Position numbers and translations under genes: made by a program
In this document: positions 40,071-49,946 of the stretch, piece by piece
Layout: every line of letters begins with the position of its first letter
Position numbering within the stretch: the stretch's first letter is position 1
The notes under the pieces: model-generated
Database searches by the model: none
What the model was told of the DNA's origin: nothing
Seen by the model: the letters and a program-made list of their open reading frames with translations, nothing else
Origin: an uncultured Acidobacteriota bacterium
GTDB lineage: Bacteria > Acidobacteriota > Thermoanaerobaculia > Multivoradales > JAHEKO01
Assembly: GCA_963713825.1 (NCBI GenBank)
Contig: CAVQNG010000003.1
Location: forward strand, 553,794-617,793
Direction: 5' to 3'
Length of the DNA: 64,000 bases

Positions 40071-40379
40071 ATGACAAAGACACGGTCTCTCACCATTCGC
40101 TGCCCCGATTGCGACGCCCACCTGGTCATCGATGCTGCCACGGGTGAGATTCTCGCCCACCGCGCCGCCAAGCAACCCTTGGCCGGTGGCAAGGACTTCG
40201 AAACCCTCCTCGAGGACCTCGATCGAGACAAGGACGCGGCCGAGGAGGTCTTCGCTCAAGAGATGGCCGCGATGAAAGACCGGGACCGGCTCCTCGAGGA
40301 GAAGTTCAAGCAAGCCATGGAGCGGGCCAAAGAAGAGCCTGACGACGTACCTCCCCCGCGGCCCTTCGATCTCGACTGA
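40071..40379 (+). CDS. Small hypothetical protein with N-terminal CxxC and acidic coiled-coil tail
   Basis: RCPDCDAHLVID... 102 aa. Confidence 0.5.
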   Translation: MTKTRSLTIRCPDCDAHLVIDAATGEILAHRAAKQPLAGGKDFETLLEDLDRDKDAAEEVFAQEMAAMKDRDRLLEEKFKQAMERAKEEPDDVPPPRPFDLD

Positions 40380-40406
40380 TCCCCGCAGGTTTTCTGCCCA
40401 GGCCCC

Positions 40407-40799
40407 CTACTGAACTAGGAAGTCCTCGCTTCTGAGGATCGAGATGGCTCGTTGCAGGCTCGCCTCTTTGACGAGTAGGTAGTCCGTGTCGAAGGTGGAG
40501 ATCGCGAACACGCTGACTCCCGCCGTCGCCAGCGGTCTCGTCAGTGAAGCCAGGATTCCCACCTCCGTGAACGCCAGCGGACCCTCGACCATGAGGCAGC
40601 GCCAACCTGTTTCGGCCTCAATCTCGGCGGGAACATTGCCCGCCTCGCAGACGATGGATAGCTCCAGCAGGGTCCGGGTCACCGACGAGAACGTGCCGCG
40701 TTGCGCCCAGTCCGGTACGGCCTCGCAAGCGGACAGGCGACAGACGGCAAAGCTCGGCTCCAGCAGAACCAGGTCGACCGCAGTTCCAGCCATCACCAA
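40407..40799 (-). CDS. ACT-domain protein (COG3603-like)
   Basis: 130 aa; the layout resembles small regulatory ACT proteins. Confidence 0.55.
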   Translation of the reverse strand: MVMAGTAVDLVLLEPSFAVCRLSACEAVPDWAQRGTFSSVTRTLLELSIVCEAGNVPAEIEAETGWRCLMVEGPLAFTEVGILASLTRPLATAGVSVFAISTFDTDYLLVKEASLQRAISILRSEDFLVQ

Positions 40800-40806
40800 G
40801 GGCCCT

Positions 40807-41178
40807 TCAAGCTTCGTCCGGCTCCGCCGGGGAATCTCCTTCGGCCAGCGGTCGCAGCAGCTCTTCGGCTTCCCGGGCGCGCCCTTTCTCGACCCGTATG
40901 GTGGCGGCCAAGCCGCGGCCCGACTGGCTGATTCCGGCCCCCCAGCGACCCACCGGTAGAACGCTCAGCGCCTCCTCGCCCTGCACGACACAGGGGATCT
41001 CGGCGGAGGCCAGGAGTGACTTGACCACCGGCAACAGCGAGACATCAGCGGTCTCGAAAACCGGTACCAGATCCGCATCAGGATCCTCGGGGGGCAAAAC
41101 TGCAACCAATTGGACTTCGCAGTCCGGACAGGACTCGATCTCATCTCGATACTCGGCTCGGCAGTCGGGACAATACAT
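40807..41178 (-). CDS. Zinc-ribbon + DUF2007-like (putative signal-transducing) protein
   Basis: MYCPDCRAEYRDEIESCPDCEVQL, then a DUF2007-like region. Confidence 0.5.
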   Translation of the reverse strand: MYCPDCRAEYRDEIESCPDCEVQLVAVLPPEDPDADLVPVFETADVSLLPVVKSLLASAEIPCVVQGEEALSVLPVGRWGAGISQSGRGLAATIRVEKGRAREAEELLRPLAEGDSPAEPDEA

Positions 41179-41391
41179 TCGATTCCTCCATGGCCCACCT
41201 GTGACAATTCTCGAAACCGGTGGTTCTCCGGGTGGGCGTTCCTACTCCCGAGACGATATCCCAGATGAGCTCTGCGATATCATTTCAGAGTCCTTGGCAA
41301 CGCGATCCGATACCGCTCGAAGAAGTCCACGACGCCGTTCCAGCATCGGAGTCGGGCCCACTGTCAATGCTCGACTCTCGAGGAGCCACCC

Positions 41392-41988
41392 ATGACACGC
41401 CCCCATTTCAACAAGAGCCTGCCGATCCTGCTTCTCGTCCTCGGAGCCCCTTGGGTAGCTCTCGGTCTTCCTTCTGCACAAGAAGTGCCGTCGGAGGGCG
41501 AGACCACCGAACTCTCGGGCCCTGGCGATCCACAGAGCCATTTGGCGGCCACGGTCGGAGAGTGGGACATGACCATCCACGTTTGGACCAGTCCCAACAG
41601 TGAGCCGGTGGAGACCCGCGGCTCCGCCACCAGTCGCTGGATCCTGGGCGAGAATTTCGTCGAGACCCGGCTCGAGGGTGAGGTGCTGGACAGTGCTTTC
41701 GAAGGACTGAGGGTCGAGGGCTACGATGTCGCTATCGGCGAGTTCGTCAGCACTTGGCGAGACAGCCGAGGAACCTACACGTTGGTCTTCCAGGGCAAGT
41801 GCGATGCCAATTGTGCCATTCGCACCATGACTGCCGACTTCACCGATCCGGTCTCCAAGACCGCGCTCACCATCAAGAGCGTCACCACCATCGTCGACGA
41901 CGACAGCTATCGGTACGAGTCCTACATCGTCACCCCGAGCGGCACCGAGATCAAGAACATGGAGCTCGTGGCGGCCCGCAAACCCTGA
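41392..41988 (+). CDS. Secreted hypothetical protein (DUF1579-like)
   Basis: Signal peptide LPILLLVLGAPWVALGLPSA. About 170-aa mature domain. Confidence 0.55.
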   Translation: MTRPHFNKSLPILLLVLGAPWVALGLPSAQEVPSEGETTELSGPGDPQSHLAATVGEWDMTIHVWTSPNSEPVETRGSATSRWILGENFVETRLEGEVLDSAFEGLRVEGYDVAIGEFVSTWRDSRGTYTLVFQGKCDANCAIRTMTADFTDPVSKTALTIKSVTTIVDDDSYRYESYIVTPSGTEIKNMELVAARKP

Positions 41989-42046
41989 ACGCGCGCCGGC
42001 AAGCGAATCGAGCCAGCTGGACTTCAAGGCAATCGACGAGGAGCGA

Positions 42047-43339
42047 GTGAAAGAAACAACTCTCACCGCCGCCGACCATTCCTGGCTTCGCCTGCAAGAG
42101 GCTGCCAATCCGATGGCTTCGCTGGCGGTCCTATTCTTCGCCGATGTGCTACCCATCGACGCCCTGAAGGCCCTGGTCGAAGATCGACTGATGTCCTACG
42201 AGCGTTTCCGCCAGAGCATTCAGCCCTCCAGGCTGCCTCGGGCCCGACCCCGGTGGCACGAGGGAGACGACTTCGCTCTCGATCACCATCTGTACCGCGC
42301 CACCCTGTCACCGCAGGGCACGGAGCGAGACCTGGAGACATTTATCGGCCGGCTCCTTTCCGAACCGATGCCAGAGGACCAACCCCTCTGGCAACTTCAT
42401 CTGGTCGAGGAAGTCGCTGGCGGATCGGTGCTGGTGGTAAAGATCCATCAGAGTGTGGCCGACGGCACCTCAGCTTCCAGGATCGTGCTCGGACTGGGCG
42501 ATGTGGAGTCGAGCGAAGGCGCTCCAGAGATCGTCGACCAGGGGCTGGGGAACCACATCGAGACCGAAGAGATCGTCGAGGCCGCCAACCAACCGGGCTC
42601 CACGGTTCGCTCTCTATGCCGTCTGATCGCTCAGCGTTCGGACACCGATTCCCCACTGATGGGCAAGCCGACAAACCCGCGACAGGTGGCCTGGTCGCAG
42701 GGTTTTCCCATACTCAGGCTCAAGAGCTTCGCAACCCGACTGGAGGCCACCGAAACCGAGCTCCTCATCGTCGCGGTTGCAGCGAGCCTTCGGCAGGAGC
42801 TCACGCGACTCAACCTGCTGCCAGAATCGGCGCTCTTGCGCGCGGTTGTACCGTGCAACCTTCGCAGTCCGGATCAGGAACTTCTCGGCAGCCGGTTCAG
42901 CCTGGCAATGCTGCCTCTGCCCGTCGGCAGAACCACCGTCCACTCCCGCCTCCGGAAGCTCCGCCAAGATCTCGAGGAGCTCGGATCCGCACCAGGGTCG
43001 CTGGCCACCTTCCAAGACCCAGGAGATCCCGGATTCCGGATGTCGGAGGTTGAAGATCAGATCACGCGGCAACTCGCCAAGAAGACCACCCTTCTTCTCT
43101 CCTTTGCGCCTCAACCGACGGAGCCACTCTATTTCTGTGGGCAGAGGCTCGAGCATTGGCTCTTCTGGCCCGCCCAGGCCGGCCCGCAGAGACTTTGTTT
43201 CGGGCTGTCGGCGACCTCCGACCAACTCCGTCTCGGAGTCACCGTCGATGCAGGATCAGCCGCCGATCCTCGTCGCCTGACCCAGGCCTTCGACCAGGCT
43301 CTGGCCGAAATCGCCGCAGCTTCCGGCGAGACAACTTGA
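42047..43339 (+). CDS. WS/DGAT-family acyltransferase homolog with variant active-site motif (HQxxxDG)
   Basis: FALDHHLYRA, PLWQLHLVE and KIHQSVADG align with WS/DGAT FDLDHHF, PLW and KIHHAMVDG. The second His is replaced by Gln. Confidence 0.7.
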   Translation: MKETTLTAADHSWLRLQEAANPMASLAVLFFADVLPIDALKALVEDRLMSYERFRQSIQPSRLPRARPRWHEGDDFALDHHLYRATLSPQGTERDLETFIGRLLSEPMPEDQPLWQLHLVEEVAGGSVLVVKIHQSVADGTSASRIVLGLGDVESSEGAPEIVDQGLGNHIETEEIVEAANQPGSTVRSLCRLIAQRSDTDSPLMGKPTNPRQVAWSQGFPILRLKSFATRLEATETELLIVAVAASLRQELTRLNLLPESALLRAVVPCNLRSPDQELLGSRFSLAMLPLPVGRTTVHSRLRKLRQDLEELGSAPGSLATFQDPGDPGFRMSEVEDQITRQLAKKTTLLLSFAPQPTEPLYFCGQRLEHWLFWPAQAGPQRLCFGLSATSDQLRLGVTVDAGSAADPRRLTQAFDQALAEIAAASGETT

Positions 43340-44080
43340 TCAATCGAACGGGTTGGCTTCCCAGGAGCCGTAGCTCGGATTCGGAAAGATGAAGAATCGG
43401 GAGCCGTAGTCACCAAAAGCCTCTGGAGAAGAGAGTCTCGATTCCTGGCTCATTTCGGGGAAGTCGTTGATGTTGTCACCGAGCCACATGACGATCTCGA
43501 CCGGCGGCACGCCAGGTGATGCCGTGCCCCCCTCGATCTTCTCCCAGCGTGGCTCCTTTTCGCGGTCATCAGTGCGGCAGAGCAGAACGTCGAACGGTAT
43601 GTCGGAGGCTTCCAGGTTGGCTCGGGTGTCGGGGCAATCACGATCCCTCCTGTTGGTCACAACGGCGATGTGCCCACCCAACTCCTGAATGAGACCCAGA
43701 AATTCCAGGGCCCCCGGCAAGGGCTCTGCGGCTTGCTTGGCCACCCAGGCCACCCACAGCTCGTCCGTGGAATCCTGACCGAGTTCTACCAGTTCCTTCT
43801 CGTAGTCCAGATTGCTGATCAGGGTCTCGTCGGCGTCCAGTGCGACCGCCCAGGTCCCTGGCTTCTTCCCCTCCACGCTCTTCCTGAGCTCCTGCCCAGC
43901 GAGAGAGTACGTCTGCAGAACGATGGCCTGGAATTCTGCAGAGTTCCGCATCCAATGTACGGCGCGCTTCAGGTCCGAATTGGTCGGGCTGGTGGATTGC
44001 GCGGGCTGTGGCGGAGCGGTCCCGCCTGATGAGCAGGCAACTACAAAAACGCAGCAGGCGAGAGAGGCGAAATGCTTCAT
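43340..44080 (-). CDS. HAD-superfamily class B acid phosphatase / 5'-nucleotidase lipoprotein e(P4) family
   Basis: Lipobox VVACSS, ALDADETLISN (DxDET), LGDNINDF. Confidence 0.75.
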   Translation of the reverse strand: MKHFASLACCVFVVACSSGGTAPPQPAQSTSPTNSDLKRAVHWMRNSAEFQAIVLQTYSLAGQELRKSVEGKKPGTWAVALDADETLISNLDYEKELVELGQDSTDELWVAWVAKQAAEPLPGALEFLGLIQELGGHIAVVTNRRDRDCPDTRANLEASDIPFDVLLCRTDDREKEPRWEKIEGGTASPGVPPVEIVMWLGDNINDFPEMSQESRLSSPEAFGDYGSRFFIFPNPSYGSWEANPFD

Positions 44081-44174
44081 TGGGGAGACCCTCCGTTCGA
44101 ATCGAAACGCCGATTCTACTAGCTCGGGCGATCCTACGCTCGACCGACGAACTCACGGTACACTGACGACCATC

Positions 44175-44390
44175 ATGAAGACTTGGCTACTCGAGATCCC
44201 GTGGTCACTGCTCATCCTCGCTTGCCTGACCCTCGGCCTGGCACCCTTTGCTCCTCCCCATATCGTGGAGAAGCTGCGCATGCTCTTTCGCGGCACACTG
44301 GTGCGGCCCATCGACTGGCTCGATCTGGTGTTCCACGGAATTCCCTGGCTGCTCCTCATCCTCAAAGCCTGGGCCACCGCCACGAAATAG
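44175..44390 (+). CDS. Small membrane protein (72 aa, two TM)
   Basis: MKTWLLEIPWSLLILACLTLGLAPFAPPH...IPWLLLILKAWATATK. Ends immediately before the octamer microsatellite. Confidence 0.4.
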   Translation: MKTWLLEIPWSLLILACLTLGLAPFAPPHIVEKLRMLFRGTLVRPIDWLDLVFHGIPWLLLILKAWATATK

Positions 44391-44564
44391 AGGACAGGGC
44401 GTAGGGGCGTAGGGGCGTAGGGGCGTAGGGGCGTAGAAGACAATACCCAATAGCTCAAGACCTCAGTGCCCCTCAAGCCCCCAAAGGCAGGCCGTAGGAA
44501 CGCCGGCCTCCTCAACCCCCAAGCCCTCAAAGAACGTCGGGCGGTGAGCCGGACGCCTCAACCC
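44391..44564. repeat. Composite GC-rich intergenic repeat including a (GGGCGTAG)x5 microsatellite (44406..44445)
   Basis: Five perfect tandem octamers, then CCTCAACCCCCAAGCCCTCAAAGAACGTCGGGCGGTGAGCCGGACGCCTCAACCCTCAAGG. Confidence 0.85.
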
Positions 44565-46538
44565 TCAAGGTTCCGAGTCCTCGAGGGGCCGCAAGAGCCT
44601 GAGCCCGTTGAGGACGACCAGAATCGTGCTGCCTTCATGGCCGATGACACCAACGGGTAGCGCCAGGCCGTGGATCAGGTTTACCACCACGAGAATGGCA
44701 ATGACGGCACAGGCGAATGCCAGATTCTGGCGCACGATTCGCTGCGACTTGCGGGCCAATCGAACGGCATAGGGAAGCAGCTTCAGCTCGTCGCGAACCA
44801 GCACCAAATCGGCCGTCTCCAGAGCGGCATCGGTACCGGAGACGCCCATGGCCACACCGACCGTCGCGGCAGCCAAGGCTGGCGCATCGTTGACCCCGTC
44901 GCCCACCATGGCAACCCGCTGCCCTTCTGCCATCATGGCGCGGACGATCGCCACCTTTTCTTCGGGCATCACCTCGGCGTTCCAGTCGTCCACCCCCACG
45001 GCCTCGGCCACCCTTCGGGCCACAACGGGGTTATCGCCGGTCATCATCACCGTTCGATGGGTGCCCAGCCGCTTCAGCTGCTCGATTGCCGACCGCGCTT
45101 CTGGCCGGACCTGATCTTCGATCGCCAGAGCGCCTGAGACCCCATCGCCGGAGAGAAAGACCACGGTTCGGGCTTGCGCCTGCAGAAGCTCGACCTGCTT
45201 CATCTCCTGAGCATCTGGCGCCTGCCCACCCATCTCGATGATGAAGTCCAGGCGGCCAACGGCGATCTCTCGACCCGAGACCTCGGCCACCGCGCCTCGA
45301 CCCCGATGATTCACCAGACCGTGAGCCAAGGGTACCGAGAGGTTCCTCGCCTCCGCTGATTCGACGATTGCACGCCCCAGATGATGTTCCGAAAGGCGCT
45401 CCACCGCAGCCGCCCACCTCAGAACGTCGTCAGCTGCTGACTTCCCGAATGGCACAACAGAGGTCACCACGGGGTGACCTCCGGTGAGGGTGCCCGTCTT
45501 GTCGAAGGCAAAGCTGTCGATAGAGGCTAACTCCTCCAGGGGCGATCCGCCTTTGAAGAGTAGCCCCTTGCGAGCGGCATGTCCGAGGGCCGCCAGAATC
45601 GTGGCCGGGGTCGAGATGACCACGGCACAAGGTGACGCCACGACCAGGAGTGTCATGGCACGATAGAACGCCGGCCGAAACGCCTCACCGAGGGCAACCG
45701 GCAAGACCACCGCAACAGCCGCCGCGAAGATCACCGTCGCTGCATAACCCTGCTCGAATCGATCGATGAACCTCTGGGTCGGAGCTTTGGCCTCGCGCGC
45801 TTCCTCCACCAACTCGATGATGCGGGCCAACGTCGACTCCGAAGCTCGCCGCTCGACCGAGACTTCGGCCGTCCCACCCACGTTGATGGAGCCGGCAAAG
45901 ACCCGATCTCCTGGCCCCTTGGGCTCCGGTGTGGACTCCCCCGTGATGGCGGCCTGGTCCGCTGCCGTATGGCCCGAGACGACCTGGCCATCGACCGGAA
46001 TGCGCTCGCCCGGCCGAATTCTGACGATCTGTCCAGGCTCGAGCTCCTCTGCCGCCACCTTTTTCTCGCTACCGTCCGGTGCCAGCAGCATGGCCTCGTC
46101 CGGCCGCAACTCCATGAGCGACTCGATCGCGCGCGTGGTGCGCCGCAAGGCTCGCGTCTCTAGTGCGTTGGAGAGCGAGAAGAGAAAGAGCAGCGCCGCT
46201 CCCTCGGCGTACTCACCGATGCTTGCTGCACCGAGCGCGGAAAGCAGCATCAGCAGGTCGATGTCGAGGCGCCTGTCCTTCAAGCTCTGAATCGAGCGCC
46301 CGAGGCTGAAGGCACCACCCGCAGCATAGGCTGCCGCAAAAGCCAACATCTCGGCCCACCGGGGCCACCCAAACAGGTCCGGGCCGAGCCATCCAACGAG
46401 CGCCAACGCGCCGCAGACCACCGGTGTCCAGATGGGTTCTTTGCCGTCCGCCAGGGCCTGAACCCAGGCGGGAAGAGCCTCCTGTTGACCTTGTCTTGGA
46501 GTGCTCATGAATCGAGAAGGGACGCGCCAGCTTGCCAT
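44565..46538 (-). CDS. Heavy-metal translocating P1B-type ATPase (Zn/Cd/Co-like); alternative start at 46507
   Basis: ITGES, CPC-equivalent TM region, FDKTGTLT, MVGDGVNDAPALAAATVGVAMG. No N-terminal HMA domain. Confidence 0.9.
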   Translation of the reverse strand: MASWRVPSRFMSTPRQGQQEALPAWVQALADGKEPIWTPVVCGALALVGWLGPDLFGWPRWAEMLAFAAAYAAGGAFSLGRSIQSLKDRRLDIDLLMLLSALGAASIGEYAEGAALLFLFSLSNALETRALRRTTRAIESLMELRPDEAMLLAPDGSEKKVAAEELEPGQIVRIRPGERIPVDGQVVSGHTAADQAAITGESTPEPKGPGDRVFAGSINVGGTAEVSVERRASESTLARIIELVEEAREAKAPTQRFIDRFEQGYAATVIFAAAVAVVLPVALGEAFRPAFYRAMTLLVVASPCAVVISTPATILAALGHAARKGLLFKGGSPLEELASIDSFAFDKTGTLTGGHPVVTSVVPFGKSAADDVLRWAAAVERLSEHHLGRAIVESAEARNLSVPLAHGLVNHRGRGAVAEVSGREIAVGRLDFIIEMGGQAPDAQEMKQVELLQAQARTVVFLSGDGVSGALAIEDQVRPEARSAIEQLKRLGTHRTVMMTGDNPVVARRVAEAVGVDDWNAEVMPEEKVAIVRAMMAEGQRVAMVGDGVNDAPALAAATVGVAMGVSGTDAALETADLVLVRDELKLLPYAVRLARKSQRIVRQNLAFACAVIAILVVVNLIHGLALPVGVIGHEGSTILVVLNGLRLLRPLEDSEP

Positions 46539-46630
46539 TCTAGCTCGCAGGCTCCGATCTGCAGGTCGAACCGACGCCGACTCGACCCGGGGCCCCGAGT
46601 CTGATTAACTCCCATCACGAACTCTCGAGC

Positions 46631-47506
46631 ATGACGACCTACCTCATCGATGCGAGTCCGTACATCTTTCGGGCTCACTTCTCCATGCCTTCGTCCCTTG
46701 TGGACCCGGAAGGCCGGCCGGCGGGTGCCACCTACGGATTCGCCTCCTTCCTTCTCAAGCTCCTCGCCGAAGAGCAACCCAGCCATCTGGCCGTGGCTTT
46801 CGATGGCAGCCTGACCACGAGTTTTCGCAACGAGCTCTACCCGGAGTACAAGGCCAAAAGGGAGACTCCACCAAAAGAGCTGGTGAGCCAACTGGAAGCC
46901 TGCCGCCGTGTGGCGGAGTGCTTGGGGATGGCGACCTTTATTGACCAGTCCTACGAGGCCGACGATCTGATCGGTACCCTGGTGGATCGGGTAACCGGCA
47001 GCGACCAGGCGGCTGTCATCGTGACCTCTGACAAGGACCTGGCGCAGCTCGTCTCCGAGGATGTCACCCTTTTGGACTTCGCTCGGGATGCCCGCTATTC
47101 GATCCCAGCGGTGCAGGAGAAGTTCGGTGTGCGACCCGATCAGATTGTCGATCTTCTGGCCCTGGCCGGCGACGCCGTGGACAACATCCCGGGTGTGCGG
47201 GGAATCGGTGGCAAGACCGCGGTTGCCCTGCTGCAATCGTTCGGCGATTTGGAGACTCTGTACGAGCGCCTGGACGAAGTCGAGGAGCTCCCCATTCGCG
47301 GCGCCGCTTCGGTGCGCGCCAAGCTCGAGGTCGGTCGCAACATGGCCTTTCTCTCGCAGGAGCTCGCCACCGTCGACTGTCGGATCGCCCTCGAAGTGAG
47401 ACTCGAAGACCTGGCCTATGTCGGTGCCGACCGAGATTGTATCGAGACGCTATTCCGGGAGCTCGGCTTCGAACGCATCCGCCAGCGAATCAAGATATGG
47501 GCTTGA
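46631..47506 (+). CDS. Stand-alone 5'-3' exonuclease / flap endonuclease (Pol I N-terminal domain family)
   Basis: YLIDASPYIFRAHF, YEADDLIGTL, H3TH motif GIPGVRGIGGKTAVALL. Confidence 0.8.
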   Translation: MTTYLIDASPYIFRAHFSMPSSLVDPEGRPAGATYGFASFLLKLLAEEQPSHLAVAFDGSLTTSFRNELYPEYKAKRETPPKELVSQLEACRRVAECLGMATFIDQSYEADDLIGTLVDRVTGSDQAAVIVTSDKDLAQLVSEDVTLLDFARDARYSIPAVQEKFGVRPDQIVDLLALAGDAVDNIPGVRGIGGKTAVALLQSFGDLETLYERLDEVEELPIRGAASVRAKLEVGRNMAFLSQELATVDCRIALEVRLEDLAYVGADRDCIETLFRELGFERIRQRIKIWA

Positions 47507-47720
47507 GATCACTGCGGCTAGAGCCAAGGGCTCTTGTGCACAGGCTCCTGAGGTAGACTTTCCACCTCTTGTCGAAGAAGCGAGACCGATCCTGCCTCGA
47601 CAAGGTCGGAGCACCTTCTCGAGGGTTGGCAGCGCTGACCGGTGGCGGGTTTCTCTCTCGTTTTCGTAAAGGATGAGTAGAACACCAAGTATCCAGGCCC
47701 TCGAAGGAGAAACAACAGAA

Positions 47721-48629
47721 ATGAGAAACCTCCGAAGATCCGTGTCTCTGTCGACTCTGGCCCTAGTAGTAGCCCTGGTCTTCCCAGGCCTCGCCACGGC
47801 GGGTCACTACTACGAGGCCGTCACCACCAGCGATACCGGCCAAAAGAAGAAGCAGCAGGATGTGATGCAAGTGCGAGCCTGGGTGGACGGTGAGGCCGCC
47901 AAGGTGGAATTCGTGACCGGCGAGAAAGAGGGGCCCTTCTCTGCGGGCTCCTACCTGGTCACCAAGGACGGTGGTGAAACGGTCTACCTCGTCAACCCGA
48001 AAGACGAGACCTACGGCTCCTTCGATATGGAAGCGATGATGGCCGCCGCTGGTCAGGCCATGAACGCTCTGAGCCAAACAGGCGGCATGGTGAAGATGGA
48101 GTTCACCAACGTCTCCAGCGAAATGCTCTCCGAGGAGGCCGGCGGCAACGTGCTCGGCCATGACACAACCCACTACCGCTGGCAGAGCGGCTACACCATG
48201 CGCATGAAGATGATGGGCTTCAAACAGGAGAACCGGGTCGACACGATCCAGGATGTCTGGAGCACCGATGCTCTGGATGCCAGAGGTTTCGGCGTCTGGA
48301 TGCGGCCGGACCGAGCCTTGAGAACCGGCAATGAGGAGTTCGACAAGCTCATCAGCTCCCAGGTCGCAACGGTCAAGGGCTTCCCGCTGAAGACGGTCAA
48401 CGTCTCGACCACGACCGGCAAAAAGGGCAAGTCGATGCAGACCACCTCGACCACCGAGGTGACCACACTGCGTGAGGAGTCCATCCCGGGCTCGACTTTC
48501 GGCTGGCCCGACCACTACACCGAGGTCGAGATCCTCCCCCAGATGCCCCAGGGCTCCGATCAGCAGGGCGAGACCCAGGACGATGGCAAGAAGAAAGGAC
48601 TCAAGGGCCTCTTCAAGCCGGGTGGTTGA
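47721..48629 (+). CDS. Secreted hypothetical protein with Lys/Thr-rich C-terminus. The track ORF starts at 47673.
   Basis: MRNLRRSVSLSTLALVVALVFPGLATA signal peptide. Confidence 0.55.
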   Translation: MRNLRRSVSLSTLALVVALVFPGLATAGHYYEAVTTSDTGQKKKQQDVMQVRAWVDGEAAKVEFVTGEKEGPFSAGSYLVTKDGGETVYLVNPKDETYGSFDMEAMMAAAGQAMNALSQTGGMVKMEFTNVSSEMLSEEAGGNVLGHDTTHYRWQSGYTMRMKMMGFKQENRVDTIQDVWSTDALDARGFGVWMRPDRALRTGNEEFDKLISSQVATVKGFPLKTVNVSTTTGKKGKSMQTTSTTEVTTLREESIPGSTFGWPDHYTEVEILPQMPQGSDQQGETQDDGKKKGLKGLFKPGG

Positions 48630-48779
48630 TCGGAAAGGAACCACCTCATGATTCGACGAACTCTGGCCTGTGAGCTCTGCCCCCAGTTCGCCGACGTCAT
48701 CCTGCAAGAGTCAGGGCCGGCTCCGGCTCCAGTGGTAGAGTCTCCGGGCATCTCACGAACTCGAGACAGGAACGAGCCC

Positions 48780-49937
48780 ATGAAGCCGCCGCGCTCCATC
48801 ACTCTGCTTGTCGTTGCCGTGCTTTTCGGCGCGGTGTCGGCCCAGGCCCAGTTCAACCTCAACAAGCTGAAGAAAGCTGCCGAAACAGCGCTCGACGTGG
48901 CTGATACGGTGGACGACTTCACCTTTTCCGAAGCTGAGGAAGTCGAACTGGGACTGGCTATCAGTAACCGGATTCGAGCTCGATATGGTGTGGCCCAGGA
49001 CCCCGAGGTGACGCGCTACATGAGCCTGGTTGGCGCCACGGTAGCGCAGAAGAGTGGACGGCCCTCCATTCCCTGGCAGTGGATCGTCCTCAATTCCAAC
49101 ATCGTCAACGCCTTCGCTGCTCCGGGCGGCTATGTCCACGTCACCCGCGGTGCGTTGGCGGTGATCGAGAGCGAAGCGGAGCTCGCCGGGGTACTGGCCC
49201 ACGAGGCGGCTCATGTCACCCGCAAGCACACGCTGAAAGCCCTGCAGAAGTCCATGGGAATGGATCTGGCCCAGAATCAGGCCTCGTTCACCGTGGGCTC
49301 GGCTCTGTTCGAAGCGGCCGCGGACCAGGCAGCCAAGGCGGTGCTGGCTGGCTTCGGCCAGGCCGAGGAGTTGGAGGCTGACCAGGTAGGCATCGAGATC
49401 GCCGCCCGGGTCGGATATCAGGCAGCTGGCTTGAGCAACTTCCTGGGCTCCTTGAATACGCTAACCTCTGGATCTTCTTCGAGCTCTGCGCTCTTCCGCT
49501 CCCATCCCGAAACCGACGAGCGGATCAAGAAGCTCGACAAGACGATCCGGCAGGATCACCTTGACGGTGGGGTTTGGCTGGCGGAGCGCTACGCTGCCGA
49601 GGTGACCTACGAGGTGGCGACAGCAAGCACAGGCGGACCCGGAGTCGCGGGGGGAAGGGGCGTAGCCGGCGCGAGCGAAGGCGATGCACCCGCAGAGGAC
49701 GAGGTTGCAGAAGAGGAAGAAGAGGATAAGGCTGGGTTCTCGCTCGCCAAGCTCGCCAATCCCTTCGCCATGGGTGAGGAAGAGAGCTCTGCAGAGGTAA
49801 CGGGTGCCGGAGCGGGACGGGCCGTGGGTGAAGAAGCTGGAGAGGCAGAAGGCGGTGTCAAGAACACCGAGATCGTCGAGATCCAGCTGACACCCGAGGA
49901 GCTCGCGACCTTCCAGAAAGAGGGCGGCCTGAAGTAG
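48780..49937 (+). CDS. Secreted M48-family zinc metallopeptidase with acidic C-terminal extension. The track ORF starts at 48648.
   Basis: Signal peptide MKPPRSITLLVVAVLFGAVSAQA, HEAAHV (HExxH), downstream EELEAD. Confidence 0.75.
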   Translation: MKPPRSITLLVVAVLFGAVSAQAQFNLNKLKKAAETALDVADTVDDFTFSEAEEVELGLAISNRIRARYGVAQDPEVTRYMSLVGATVAQKSGRPSIPWQWIVLNSNIVNAFAAPGGYVHVTRGALAVIESEAELAGVLAHEAAHVTRKHTLKALQKSMGMDLAQNQASFTVGSALFEAAADQAAKAVLAGFGQAEELEADQVGIEIAARVGYQAAGLSNFLGSLNTLTSGSSSSSALFRSHPETDERIKKLDKTIRQDHLDGGVWLAERYAAEVTYEVATASTGGPGVAGGRGVAGASEGDAPAEDEVAEEEEEDKAGFSLAKLANPFAMGEEESSAEVTGAGAGRAVGEEAGEAEGGVKNTEIVEIQLTPEELATFQKEGGLK

Positions 49938-49946
49938 GGTCCCTCT

